Source: Octopus bimaculoides
Lineage: Eukaryota
Reading direction: 5' to 3'
DNA length: 64,000 bases
Assembly: GCF_001194135.2 (NCBI RefSeq)
Contig: NC_068987.1
Coordinates: 18,326,804 to 18,390,803, forward strand
Both the position numbers and the translations under genes were made by a program. Positions 1 to 13,306 of the stretch are shown piece after piece; the stretch's first letter is position 1; each line of letters starts with the position of its first letter. Under the pieces are notes generated by a model that was not told the origin of the DNA, did not search any database, and worked only from the letters and a program-made list of their open reading frames with translations.

Positions 1-1747
1 AGTTATATCAAAATCTCTTTCAGTCACTTTATACCACATCATCATTATCACTGTTTTAGTGTCCACTTTTCCACATGAGTTCAGCATGAGACACTGATAG
101 GATAAGTACCAAACTTACAAAGAGAAATATGTACTGAGGTCGATTCGTTCAACTAAAACCATTCAAGGTAGTGCCCCAGCATGGTCACAGGCCAATGATT
201 GAAACAAGTAAAAGATAATATAATACAAATAATAAATGAGTATATGCATATATACGTACATGTATGTACATACTTACATCTACCTGTAAATATAGATGCA
301 TATCTGGGTACAGGATGTTGCAAACAAAATGTGGACAAAATGATAAACAGAGTACAGAAAACACACAGGCCACATAGAGAACATCTCCTTCATCAGCTGC
401 CCCCATTCTAACACAGGCGTTTCGAAGAGTAGATAATATATATGGATTTGTTGCATTCATGTTGATTGACTTTGACCTCTTGACATTGGTCATTGGGCAG
501 TCATCATTGGTCACTTTCGAATACTGTTTTTTTTTGTTTTTGTTTTTGTTTTGTTTCTTTACAACATTGTATATGTCATTGACATCATTCTACAGATTTT
601 CTTTTTCTTTTTTTTTTTTTGGTGGTGGTGGTGTGTGCTTTTGATTTTTGTTTGTTCTTCTTGAAAGTTAGTTTCTAATTTACACCTACCCCTTGTTCGC
701 TGTATACAAATATAAGGTATATTACAACAGCTCTTTGTTGTGATAGTAGACAGCTATTAAAAAAAAAGAAAAAATAGGCTCCTACTATGTAGGTTAAATT
801 TTATTTTAAACGTGCCGGTTGTAAAGGAAAGTAAAAAGGATTGGCAACAGTTAATTTAGAAATAACATAAATATATACGCATCTATGTTCATAAACTTAC
901 ATTTCTAACTATGCCTACTTAGCTGTATGCACACACAAACACGTTTGTGTGTGTATGTGTGCACATTTGTGCATATACCTGCATGTAAATATATATGTAT
1001 GAAATAGATTAGTTTTATAGGTGGCTGGGGTGGTGGAAATGTTCATTTCCTTTGTGTGGTACATTGGTGTTACTCTATTCAAAGTTATGGTTGACATAGT
1101 GTTCCTATTCTCAAATGCAAATAGTTCAGTTACCAGTCTAAGCATTGTATCGTAGGGCCATATAACCATGTTGTCTACATTGAATTTTTTTGACCAAACA
1201 CTTGTGTTTATCTCCTGCATGTAAGTAAATTATAGAAGTAGCTTTCCTTACAGCATGGCTATGGTAGTGTTAGCCTAATCATTTACTAATGAAGCTGTAT
1301 CTCTTTTGCAAGTTTCAAAGAGGTTAGCACGTATTTCTTGAAGGCACCTGATATGATATGCAGTATATCTAACTTTACAATTTATATATGTGTGTGTGAT
1401 ATTTTGTAACCACTTTCACCAGTGTCCTTGTCAAAAGAGTAGATCTTACATGTAAATTTACAGGTAATCAGTTTAATAGATATCTGTATTTTGTTGGGGG
1501 TTTTTTGGGGATTTTAATTTAAGATTAGACTCTCGGAGGATTCTTCTAAATTTACTCACTAATTATTTATTAGGTGTTGCATCTCTAAACTTTATGCTAT
1601 CAAACCTATTATTTTCAACCTATGTATGGACTTGAATACAAGTGAGCGATGCCTACAAGAAAGGCATCTGGCTGTAGTAAATCTGCCACAGTGAATTCCA
1701 TTGAATGCATGTAAGCATAGAAAAGTTAATAATAAAATGATTTTATA

Positions 1748-1785
<38 letters not shown>

Positions 1786-2477
1786 TATTTTCTACTTGTT
1801 TCAGTCATTGAACTGCAGGCATGCAGGGGGCACCTCTCTGAAGGGTTTTGTTGAATACATTGATCCCAGTATTTATTTTTCAAGCCTGGTGCTTGTTCGA
1901 TCTGTCTCTTTTGCTGAACCTCTAAGTTATAGATATGTAAACAAACTAACNNNNNNNNNNNNNNNNNNNNNNNNNNNNNNNNNNNNNNNNNNNNNNNNNN
2001 NNNNNNNNNNNNNNNNNNNNNNNNNNNNNNNNNNNNNNNNNNNNNNNNNNNNNNNNNNNNNNNNNNNNNNNCACACACACACACACACATTATGGCCCCT
2101 TTCAGTTTCTGTCTACCAAGTTCAATCTCGAAGCTTTGGTCATCCAGCCCGGGGGTTTTAGTAAAACACATTTGTCCAAGCTGCCATGAATGGGACTGAA
2201 CCTAGAACCATGTGGTTGAGAAGTATGCTTCGTACCACACATATTTTACATCCTGGTCTCCATCTGGTATGGGTTGAACAATCTTTACACACACACACAC
2301 ACACAATTATGACAGGTTTCCATGCCCCTAATTCCACAAACAGGGATTTTACTTTTGGTTTAACCAAAATCATGGTAGACAGTTACCAAAGACCCCATGC
2401 ATTGAGATCGAACCCAAAACCACATAGTTTTGAAAGGGACTTCTTAACCATAAGCACGCACACACGACACATTCATG

Positions 2478-2513
<36 letters not shown>

Positions 2514-3695
2514 TATATTCTTTGCATAAATCTTTCTTCTTTGCAATAAAATTCCAGATTTCCTTTCATTCTTCTGATTTATGTGAAATATTTGAAAGAA
2601 ATATTTGCTCATGATATTAGGAAAAAAAAATTGCCAAATAAAAATATAAAGATAAAAATCATTTCTTTTAGATGTGTTAATGCATTACAATGTGAAAGTG
2701 ACTGACATAGCATGTTATATTACACTCTCATATGTGTGTGTGTGTGTGTGTGTGTGAATGTCCCCTTAATGCATCTAACAGAGTACTTAATTTTCAGTTA
2801 TATTTCAAATAATACAGCAATGTGCATAAGGTGGGGTTTGAACCTGCAACTTTTGTAACCGGTGTTTGTCTCCTTAGCTACCTGCCACTTAGATATTCTT
2901 GTTGCCGAGATCGTATTGTCTACTTCTGTTCTTCGACTTTCTCTTTCCCTCCCTCCCTCTCTCTCTCTTTCACTGTCATATACATGTATGTATGTGTGTG
3001 TGTGTGTGTAGAAAGATGGATAGATAGATAGATAGATAGATAGATATGTACATAAAGATGTGTGTGTGTGTGTGTGTGTGTGTTGTATGAATCTGCATAT
3101 ATCCATCCTTCTCACTTTCTATCTCTCTGCTGTAGCCCTCCCTCTGCTTATATCAACTGTAAATATTAACTCCAGTTATATTCTGTTTCTACTGCAAAAT
3201 GCCGTCTCACATACATAACCGCACACATACATACACACATACACACAGCTGTGGACCAACTACCACCTGCAAGAGAGAACTCCTCCTACCATACACAAAT
3301 ACACACACACATATACACATACACACACACACACACTACTAGCTTTTACAGTTGTCTGGTGCTACTGTTGTCAGAGTGAGCTTCCTATCCAAATATCATC
3401 CACATACCCGTAGCTTGTCTGGCAGTTCATTTACTATTCCAGCCTCTGATTTCTGTGGATGGCCTTGTCGTTGTGGCACTTATCCATTAACTTAACTTGG
3501 AATTGATCCCCCCAACAAACAGCACTATTATTACTATTTGTAGTAGCTGTAGTAGTAGTATTAGGATTGGTGGTGGTGGTAGCGGTGGCGTTGCTCAACT
3601 TAAGTTATGACACAACACTTATTCAAAGATTTCTTTTACGTTCTATTTTACTCTGTCTAATTTTGTGTGTGTGTGTGTATATATATATATATGTG

Positions 3696-3748
<53 letters not shown>

Positions 3749-4036
3749 ATATATAAAATGCGTTCTTCTTTTTCTCTCCCATTAAAGTAAATTTCTTTGT
3801 TTTTTTTTTATGTTGGTGGGAGAAATCCACCTAAGACAGTAATGTTGTTGCTGTTGTTATGACAATGATAAAGGGGCCTATTTAAAAAAATATATATTTT
3901 TTAATATCTGGATTCAAATACACTATACATATTTATACATATATATGTATTCTTGCATGCATATACATACATTGCAGAAAACTATTATATTGTTATGAGA
4001 GCTATACACATGTTTGTCTAAAAAGAAAATATATAA

Positions 4037-4105
<69 letters not shown>

Positions 4106-4300
4106 CACAGAGGCATACACACATATACATATATATGTATATACTGACGTACACATATATATATTTATATGCACACACATAAACATACACACACACACAC
4201 AAAATACAAATTACGCTTACGGTCTGTATATGTCTACCGCAAGGATATTAACTGGAAGTAAAATTATTCCCCTCTGCGGTGGTGTTTTTAATGTAAGTAC

Positions 4301-4334
<34 letters not shown>

Positions 4335-4630
4335 TGCATGCTTTGTATATATTTCTCTTCAACCTACCTTGTTTCATGATTTGTCTGTTGTACATTTACA
4401 AACGCATATTCATAGAAGACAGGTCTATTTATCTCTCTGTTTATCTATCCATCTCTATATCTATCCATTGCTTCATCTCTGTTTATCCAGCTATCTGTCT
4501 ATCATACTCATGCAACACATTTTACTTACATTAATAACTTATTAACCACTATTATTATTCTTGTTGTTGTTGTTATTATTATTGCTATTATTATTATTAT
4601 TATTATTATTACTTATTGTTATAATTATTA

Positions 4631-4677
<47 letters not shown>

Positions 4678-4929
4678 GTTATTATTATTATTATTTGTGA
4701 GCTGGTAGAATCCTTAGTGCATCAGACAAAATGATTAGTGGCATTTCTTCCAGTTCTTTGTGTTTTGAGTTCAAATCCTGCTGAGGTCAGCTTTGCCTTT
4801 CATCGTTCCAGGGTTGATGAAATGAAGTACCACTCAAGTACTTGAACTGATGCACTCAACTAAATCCTTACCCCTAAAGTTACTGGCATTGTGATAAAAT
4901 TTGAAACATCATCATCATCATTATTGTTA

Positions 4930-4975
<46 letters not shown>

Positions 4976-5709
4976 CATTAAGGTGGCGGGCTGGTAGAAT
5001 TGTTAGTATGTCAGACAAAATGCTCAGCGGCATTTTATCCATTTTTATGTTCTGAGTTCAAATTCTGCTGAGGTCGACTACTTTGCCTTTCATCCTTCCA
5101 GGGTCGATAAAATAAGTACCAGTTGGACACTGGGGTCGATGTAATCAACTTACACTCTCCCCCAAAATAGCAGGCCCTGTGCCAGTATTTGAAACTGTCA
5201 TCGTCACCATCATCATTATTATTATTATTATTATTTCTTGTGTGTTTTTGTATGCATGAAAGAAGACATTAAATATTTGTTCTTTACAAGCTATTGTGCA
5301 GTTTTTTTTAAACTTTTAGTAGCCACACATTGACAATGATAAATTTAACTTCATTTTCTTGTTTCTTTTTGTGAATATGATATCTCATACACACACACAC
5401 ACACTGTTATATGTAAATGAATAAGTGAATATCAGTGTGTATAGATATGTGAATATGTATTCAAAATGCATATGTAAATGTGTGCATGTGCACAAGTTTG
5501 AATGTGTATGCGTGTGTTTGTACGAATGTATAAATCTGCATAAAGAAGATTGTACATATATATGTTTGTGCACATTTATACGTGTATGTGTGTGTGTGTG
5601 ATCGTGTAAATATATAAATGTATATACAGGTGTGTTTGTGTAGGAATATGCATATTTATTTGTATGAATGAGTGTGTGTGTGTGTGAGAATATGTATATA
5701 TGTGGATGC

Positions 5710-5752
<43 letters not shown>

Positions 5753-7265
5753 CTCTACATGCATTTGCAAACACTAACCTTATTGAGTATTTGATGTTCT
5801 CATTGTGGTTTAACCTCTGGTTAGTTCTGATTGAATGGGCCTGTGACCAAAATTTTACCAGCCATGACTATATCTAAAACTACATTACTCAACGTACCCT
5901 TCCATTTTCTTTAAGACATCAGGTTGTGATTAGAGGGGAATTTGGTTGACATTTCTAGCAGGTCTATTGACTATGTATAGTGGCTACCTTGGTGTCTGAT
6001 TCGAAATTTGATCACAAATTAGTAGTTTATTATATGCTTATGCACAGTGGTATAGGTGCTTATTTTACTGCCAAGTTAAGAATGTCTGCATCCATATTTA
6101 TTGTTCCCAGTTACTGATTTATTAATCGCGTGTGTGTGTGTGTGCGCGCACGCGCATGTGTGTGATTGCCATTGTCATGTTAATGTCCACTTTTCTATGG
6201 TTGCATGGGTCAGATGGAACTCATCGAGGCAGATTGTCTGCAGCCGGCTGCTTTTGTATTTTTCTTGTTACCAACTGTCACCTGTTTCCAAGCAATATGA
6301 TATTTCCACATTGCATTACTAAACATGTTTTCACAGCAGAGTAGAAGTGAAGGCTTGTGTTTGTGTGACTGCGACATGCATTTATAACTATCATGTATTT
6401 TCAAAACAAAGAGACACAAACACATACGCACACACACACACACACATTTATATGTACACAACTTCTTTCTTTCGGTTTCCATCCACGAAATCTATTCAGA
6501 AGTCTTTGGTCAGCCTAGGTCTATTTGCCCAAGGTGTTGTGCAGTGGGATCGAAAACAAAGCCATGTGGTTATGAAGGGAACTTCTCAACTACAAAGCCA
6601 TGTCTGCACGCACGCACACACACACAATGACATGTAGGGCTAAGACGACTCTTTAGTTAGTGTTGTTGAGGACATAACAACCCCTCTGATGCTGGTGCCA
6701 TGTTAGAAATGCACCCAGTACATTCTATAAGTATATGGTGTTAGGAAGGTCATTGAGCTACAGAAGCCATGCCTCAATTGAGTGGGCAGTAACTCTGAAT
6801 TATAATCGACCCAATCCATACTAGCATGGTAAACAAACGTACAAGTATGATAATGATGGTATGTTGTGGTTTAAGTATTAAAGTACTACTGAACACATGC
6901 TTTTGAAGGAAGTATATAGAATCTGTTGGGTTGGGAATAGGGGTAAGGGTTACTATTTTCAATGCTGTCTCTATTCCTGCTTCACATCTACTGAAGAATA
7001 TTATTATTATTAACAGTGTACTTACAGTATATTTCAATTCATTGAATATACTGCTGTGTGCGTGTGTGTGTGTTTGAAATCAAGGTATTTATTCATTGAT
7101 AGTGCTCAACAACTAATCAGAAATTAGTTGGGATTATGGCCAATGACCATATGTAATAAATAAAGAGAAAAAAATGAATCCCTTGAAAATACCTATAAAA
7201 AGAAAATCTGCATTATATTTACCTTACAGCAGCCTTCAGGAACTTACACAGATATATATATATAT

Positions 7266-7980
7266 ATCATCATCATCATCATTTAACGTCCATTGTCCCT
7301 GCTGGCATGGGTTGGACGGTTTTAACCAAGGCTGGCAAGCTGGAAGGCTGATGTGGCCTGGTTTCTATGGCTGGATGCCCTTCCTAATGTCAGCCTCTCC
7401 AAGAATATAACGGGTGCTTTTACATGACACCAGTATCTGCCATGACTGCAATTTTACTTGGCTTGATGGGTCTTCTCAAGCACAACATAATGCCAAGGTC
7501 TCAGTTATTCATAATTGCCTCCATGAGGCCCAACCCTCAAAAGGAGCTTTTCATGTGCTACTGGCATCAGCCACCTTGCCTTCGTGAGGCCCAACACTTG
7601 AGAGGTGTTTTTTATGTGCCAGTTATGTGACACCAGCATCAGTCACAACTATGATTTCACTTGACTTGACGGGTTGTCTCAAGCACTACATATCACCAAA
7701 GGTCACTAGCTATTGCCTCTGTGAGGCCCATAATTCGAAGATCATGCTTCACTACCTCATTCCATGTCTCCTTGGGTCTGCCTCTATCACAGTTAGAGAT
7801 CAGCACTTCTTTACACAACTGTCCTCATCCAAGCACATCACATAACCCTACCAGCACAGTCGTTTCTCTTGCACACCACATTTGATGCCTCTTATGCCCA
7901 ACTTTTCTATCAAGTTGTTTACACTCTGTCATACATGCACACTGGCATTGCACATCCATATATATTATTTGGGTCTGCAT
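7266..7980 (-). mobile_element. RTE-clade LINE 3' fragment (decayed RT C-terminus plus 3' UTR with (GAT)n tail)
   Basis: Minus-strand translation of 7657-7960 gives KLGIRGIKCGVQEKRLCW*GYVMCLDEDSCVKKC...RGRPKETWNEVVKHDLRIMGLTEA, matching the RTE RLRW.GHV.R....RGRP..TW motif. The 3' UTR is shared with many shorter copies in the window. Confidence 0.8.
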
Positions 7981-8456
7981 TTAAAAAAACCTGCATGGAC
8001 ATAGTTGGGTACATTTGACAAAATACTAGAAATGTCTTTTTTCATTTCTCTTTCATAATATTCATTTGTTTAGCCTCATGATAGCCTTGATTGAGATCTA
8101 TGACCAAAGGTGTTCCAGATGTAACCATCCTGTCTATTTCCCTAGATTTCCCTAGACAATATCCAGTGTGTCAGTCATTTTTTTAATATGGTAGGATACA
8201 ATCTAAAGCAGATTTTTGGCTGCTATTTTTAGTAGATTGAGTTACTGTTTAGTAGTTACTACTGTTTTGTTTGATTTATTCAATTCCAGTGAATTCAGCT
8301 TATCCCTTTTATTATCACATTTCTGTTGAAATCTACTGCTGTTGTTTCAATTACTTTTGAAAATAATGAATTTACTAAAAGGATTTTGGTATTATTTTTC
8401 GTATGTGTATTTCGTGTGCAAGATTCTTGATGTGGATACGTGTGTTGAAAGAAATA

Positions 8457-8758
8457 CAATTAAACCTTGGGAGAGGCATTATGCCGGTAATAAACACACG
8501 CACTGGTTCAGTCCTTTATTAATTTATATAGTTTTTTGTTAAATTATTTCATTGCACTCTTGCAATCTCTTCAGTAACTTGTCTCTCCACTTCCATTTAT
8601 TTTGAATATTCAAAATAAATGGAAGTGGAGAGACAAGTTACTGAAGAGATTGCAAGAGTGCAATGAAATAATTTAACAAAAAACTATATAAATTAATAAA
8701 GGACTGAACCAGTGTGTATGTTTATTACTGGCATAATGCCTCTCCCAAGGTTTAATTG
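8457..8758. repeat. Spacerless 302-bp palindrome (151-bp arms, 3 mismatches)
   Basis: Centre ttttgaat|attcaaaa between 8607 and 8608; arms compared base by base. Confidence 0.95.
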
Positions 8759-9290
8759 AATTTTGGTATTATTAAACTGGTGTTTGGAACCTGAAATTTT
8801 GTTAGAGGGTTTTAATTCAAATCACTCTTAAACACAAAGTTTGTATCATAGAACAGTCTCAAGCAGGTTGCTATTAAAAGGGTTGTGCATGTTCATTGTA
8901 TAAACAGGAATTTTCATGGTGTTTGATCTTTACTCTTACGTATATCACATTTCTCAGAACTTGATTGACAATTCTGCCATAGGAACATTACAATATACAC
9001 TGGCACACACACACACACACACATACACATTGTTTCTCTGTCATTAATTAAACTTAAATACACAGCACCACCACTGCCATGATCACCAGCAACTTTGCTG
9101 TCAAACCAAAAGTGGCTTACAACTCAACGAAGCAGTTTTTACACCAGTCTTTTCAAAGGTTTGTTTTTTGCCTTAAAACAATCCCCTCCTCTGTTTTCAT
9201 CTTGTAAAATTCTCAATGTGTACCATCTCACCTTCAAGAGGAGCAACTTTGGGAGTTAACAAGGTGGATTTTTTCACCATCATCATACTA

Positions 9291-9693
9291 TTTTACTCTT
9301 TACTCTTTTACTTGTTTCAGTCATTTGACTGCGGCCATGCTGGAGCACTGCCTTTAGTCGGGCAAATCGACCTCAGGACTTATGCTTTGTAAGCCTAGTA
9401 CTTATTCTATCAATCTCTTTTGCCGAACCACTAAGTTACGGGGACATAAACACACCAGCATCGGTTGTCAAGCGATGGTGGGGGACAAACACAGACACAC
9501 AAACACATATATATGTATATACACATATATACGACGGGCTTCTTTCAGTTTCCGTCTACCAAATCCACTCACAAGGCTTTGGTCGGCCCGAGGTTATAGT
9601 AGAAGACACTAGCCCAAGGTGTCATGCAGTGGGACTGAACCTGGAACCATGTGGTTCGTAAGCAAGCTACTTACCACACAGCCACTCCTACGC
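9291..9693 (-). mobile_element. tRNA-derived SINE, family A, full length
   Basis: Head with A box TGGCTGTGTGG and B box GGTTCAGTCCC, a central cttgggcaagtgtcttctactatagcc block, and a tail ending gactgaaacaagtaaaagag. Many copies are in the window. Confidence 0.9.
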
Positions 9694-10269
9694 TTCATCA
9701 TCATTTAACGTCCGCTTTTCCATGCTGGCATGAGTTGGATGGTTTGATAGGAGCTGGCAAGCAGGAGAGCTGCCCCGGGTTCCATTTGTGTGTTTTAGCA
9801 TGGCTTCTACAGTTTGATGCCCTTCCTAATGTCAGCCACTTTACACAGTGTACTGGGTGCTTCTTATGTGAGCCCCAGCACAGGTATTTTTTATCTGGTA
9901 CCATCATATTAATCTTCAATGTAAAAGATAGAGTTCAGGTTCGAATCTTGTTGGAACTAAGTCTTGACTGGACATTACATTGCCCTTTAAGAAATGATGT
10001 ATAAACAGCCATTTGACTTGCTAGAAGTAGCAACTAAATCTCCCTCTGATTATGCTCCACCATCATATACAAAGAAAAAGAGACATTAGACTAAGTAGTT
10101 TCAGTTTTTGATGATAAAAAAAAAAAAAAACAGGATGATTTTGTTGGAATGGTTTTGATCATAGATCTGCTCACTCAGAGCTAACCCAGGGCTAAACAGC
10201 AACAAAATTGACGAAAGATTTTGTCATATATGTGGTGATAGGGATGTTTCTTTCATAAACCGTATCATA

Positions 10270-10673
10270 GGCGCAGGAGTGGCTGTGTGGTAAGTAGCTT
10301 GCTTACCAACCACATGGTTCCGAGTTCATTCCCACTGCGTGGTACCTTGGGCAAGTGTCTTCTACTATAGCCTCGGGCCGACCAAAGCCTTGTGAGTGGA
10401 TTTGGGAGACGGAAACTGAAAGAAGCCCGTCGTATATATGTATATATATATGTATGTGTGTGTATATGTTTGTGTGCCTGTGTTTGTTCCCCCAACATCA
10501 CTTGACAACCGATGCTGGTGTGTTTATGTCCCCATAACCTAGCGGTTCAGCAAAAGAGATCAATAGAATAAGTACTAGGCATCCAAAGAATAAGTCTTGG
10601 GGTTGATTTGCTCGACTAAAGGCGGTGTTCCAGCATGGCCGCAGTCAAATGACTGAAACGAGTAAAAGAGTAA
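10270..10673 (+). mobile_element. tRNA-derived SINE, family A, full length (inverted relative to 9291-9693)
   Basis: Same sequence family in the opposite orientation. Confidence 0.9.
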
Positions 10674-12058
10674 TATTTGATATATTGTGATATATAGATC
10701 ATTATTCAAAACTTTTGCATTCATGTCAGGCATTAAAAGCAAATAAGCCTTATTGAAGGGATCTCAATAAGTTAAACCCCATCAAAAGGTTTCAGTCTAA
10801 GATTACTTGTTTTTTTTTTTTTTTTTTTNNNNNNNNNNGTTTCAGTTATTGGAATACAGCCAATACTTAATTTTAATCTGCTACTTATTCTGTCAGACTC
10901 TTTTTTTTTTTTTGCCAAATTACAAGGATGTAAACAAATTTATACTGGTTGTAGAGCAGTGACACACACACACACATATGTGTGAACACGCACATATATA
11001 ATGGGCTTCTTCACAGTTTCCATCTACCAAATTGACTCATGAGTCATTGGTCAGTTCAGGACTATAACTGAAGAAAATTGCCCAAAGTACCATTCAATGA
11101 GATTGAACTCAAGATCATATGGTTTGAAGTTCTTAACGCCCACTATACCTGCTCATATACTCTTTTACTCTTTTGTCATTGTGGCCATGCTGGAGCACTG
11201 CCTTTAGTTGAACAAATTGACTCCAGGATTCATTCTTTGTAAGCCTAGTACTTATTCTGTCGGTCTCTTTTGCTGAACTGCTAAGTTATAGGATGTAAAC
11301 ACACCAGTATCAGTTGTCAAGCGATGGTGGGGGGACAAAAACAGACACACAAACACACACACACACACACACACATATATACACAACAGGCTTCTTTCTG
11401 TTTCCGTCTACCAAATCCACTCACAAGGTTTTGGTTGGCTTGAGGCTAGAGTAGAAGACATTGCAGAGTAGGTGTGAGAGGTCAAATCTGGTCAGTTTGA
11501 AGATAAAACAAGTAGATTATTTTGGCCAGTTTAAATGCTAAAGGGTTTAACCAGCCATATCTGGCCCAGATTTTCTACCCGTTTTATGTTCAAACCAGCC
11601 AGGTCTGGCCTCTCACATCTATTCAACAGTGTGCTTCTAAAAATTAACTATCACATCATTGAGATCTCAAAACTATAAGATGCTGCATGAATCTGAATGC
11701 TAAAGGATTAAAGTCATCTGAATTAAAACCTTCCGTCAAAATTTCTTGTTAATCTGTGTTCCAGACTTGACCTTAATGAGGACAAATTTATTTTACCAAA
11801 TTCTCTATTTTCAAAATTAATTGAAACAAAAAGCCTTATATTTCAACGAAATTATGGTCACAAAAGAGCTGAAGGTGAGGTTTCCAGTTGTGGCTCATTT
11901 TAAGCCTACATGGTGTACAACATTTGCATTTTAATTGTAAATCGTTAGCTGTCATCTGATCACCCTGATTCATTAATTAATTACTAATATCAATCTCATT
12001 GAGCATCCATTATCTACCTCTGTAGGCTTTTCTCACTTAGCTTCTATGAATATCTTTC

Positions 12059-12094
<36 letters not shown>

Positions 12095-12222
12095 CCTATA
12101 CAAGTGTTTGTGCAAGTGTGTGTGTTTACATGTATGAGCATATGTCCATGTGTGTTTGTACATGGTTGTTAATATTATGTCACATAGTAAGACAGTGAGT
12201 TGGCAGAAACATTAGCATGCTA

Positions 12223-12465
12223 ATTTAATGCCGTTGGCATTAAAGGCGGTGAGCTAGCAGAAACGTTAGCACGCCAGGCGAAATGCTTAGAGGTATTTCG
12301 CCTGCCGTTACGTTCTGAGTTCAAATTCCGCCGACGTCGACTTTGCCTTTCATCCTTTCGGGATTGATAAATCAAGTACCAGTTATACACTGGGGTCGAT
12401 GTAATCGACTTAATCCCTTTGTCTGTCCCCTCTATGTTTAGCCCCTTGTGGGCAATAAAAAAATA
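12223..12465 (+). mobile_element. SINE family B (long-tail form) inserted into an older family B copy
   Basis: Identical 18-bp TSD agaaacattagcatgcta at 12205-12222 and 12466-12483. The host copy resumes after the TSD. Confidence 0.88.
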
Positions 12466-12815
12466 AGAAACATTAGCATGCTAGGCAAAATGCTTAACAG
12501 CATTTCGTCCGACTTTGCATCCTGAGTTCAAATTCTGCCAAGGTTGACTTTGCCTTCCATTCTTTTGGGGGTTGATAAAATAAGGATCATTTGAGCACCG
12601 GGATCGATGTAATCGATTTACACCCTCCCCCGATCTTGCTGACCTTGTGCCAAAGCTTGAAATCGGTATTGCATCACATGTTTGGGCGTATGTGACTGAT
12701 GTTTGGGCATGTATTGGTTGACATCTGGCTACATGCTGCTGACATCTTGTGTGTAGGTAACATTAGCAACACATAGGTGGGTTTAAATATACATGTGAGT
12801 GATGTATTATATATA

Positions 12816-13043
12816 TTGGGTTGTCCGGAAAGTTCGTGCTGATTTATAGTAGCTTACCTTTCAACTTATTTGCCATGAAACCACCTCAATTCTGGGAAGA
12901 GGGTATTTTCAAGTTAAACGAAAAATGGAGACGCATTGTGCAACAAAACGGTTCATATTTGGTTGATGAAAAATGTAATGGCAAGTATTTATTGACCTTT
13001 TTCTTTCCTTTAAAAATCGGCACGAACTTTCCGGACAACCCAA
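12816..13043 (+). mobile_element. Internally deleted mariner (Tc1/mariner) element
   Basis: TIRs TTGGGTTGTCCGGAAAGTTCGTGC(T/C)GATTT at both ends, with TA flanks. Internal KPPQFWEEGIFKLNEKWRRIVQQNGSYLVD resembles the mariner transposase C-terminus. Confidence 0.88.
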
Positions 13044-13057
13044 TATAATTGTCACTA

Positions 13058-13306
13058 AATATGACTAAGGTGTTAGAAACACCTACATTGCTAGAAATAG
13101 GAGCTAAAATGCTCTAATACTGTAGTCAAAGCACATAATTGTATACATATATACTGACAAGGACTATAATCACTTGAACAGTGTTTTCGGGTGATTATAG
13201 TCCCTGCCAGTATATATGCATACAATTATGTGCTTTGGCAACAGTATTAGAGCATTTTAGTTCTTATTTCTAGCAATGTAGATGTTTCTAACACCCTAGT
13301 CATATT
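13058..13306. repeat. Long inverted repeat (121-bp arms, 11 differences, 7-nt loop); possible foldback MITE
   Basis: Left arm aatatgactaaggtgttag...cacttgaa against right arm ttcgggtg...ctagtcatatt, compared directly. Confidence 0.93.

Noticed and set aside
385-430. Minus-strand CGAAAC...CTGATGAAGG resembling a type-II hammerhead
   Set aside because: A stem II can be drawn but stem I cannot form; probably a decayed Penelope-like terminal repeat.
915-1220. Minus-strand 101-aa ORF with a protein-like middle (VIWPYDTMLRLVTELFAFEN) and nearby splice-like signals on both strands
   Set aside because: No family recognised, no convincing closing donor, and it ends in CA/TA repeats; needs BLASTX or RNA-seq.
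9067-9159. 93-nt open segment ending in AAG|GTTTGT
   Set aside because: The acceptor lacks a pyrimidine tract and there is no similarity to ARFGAP1.
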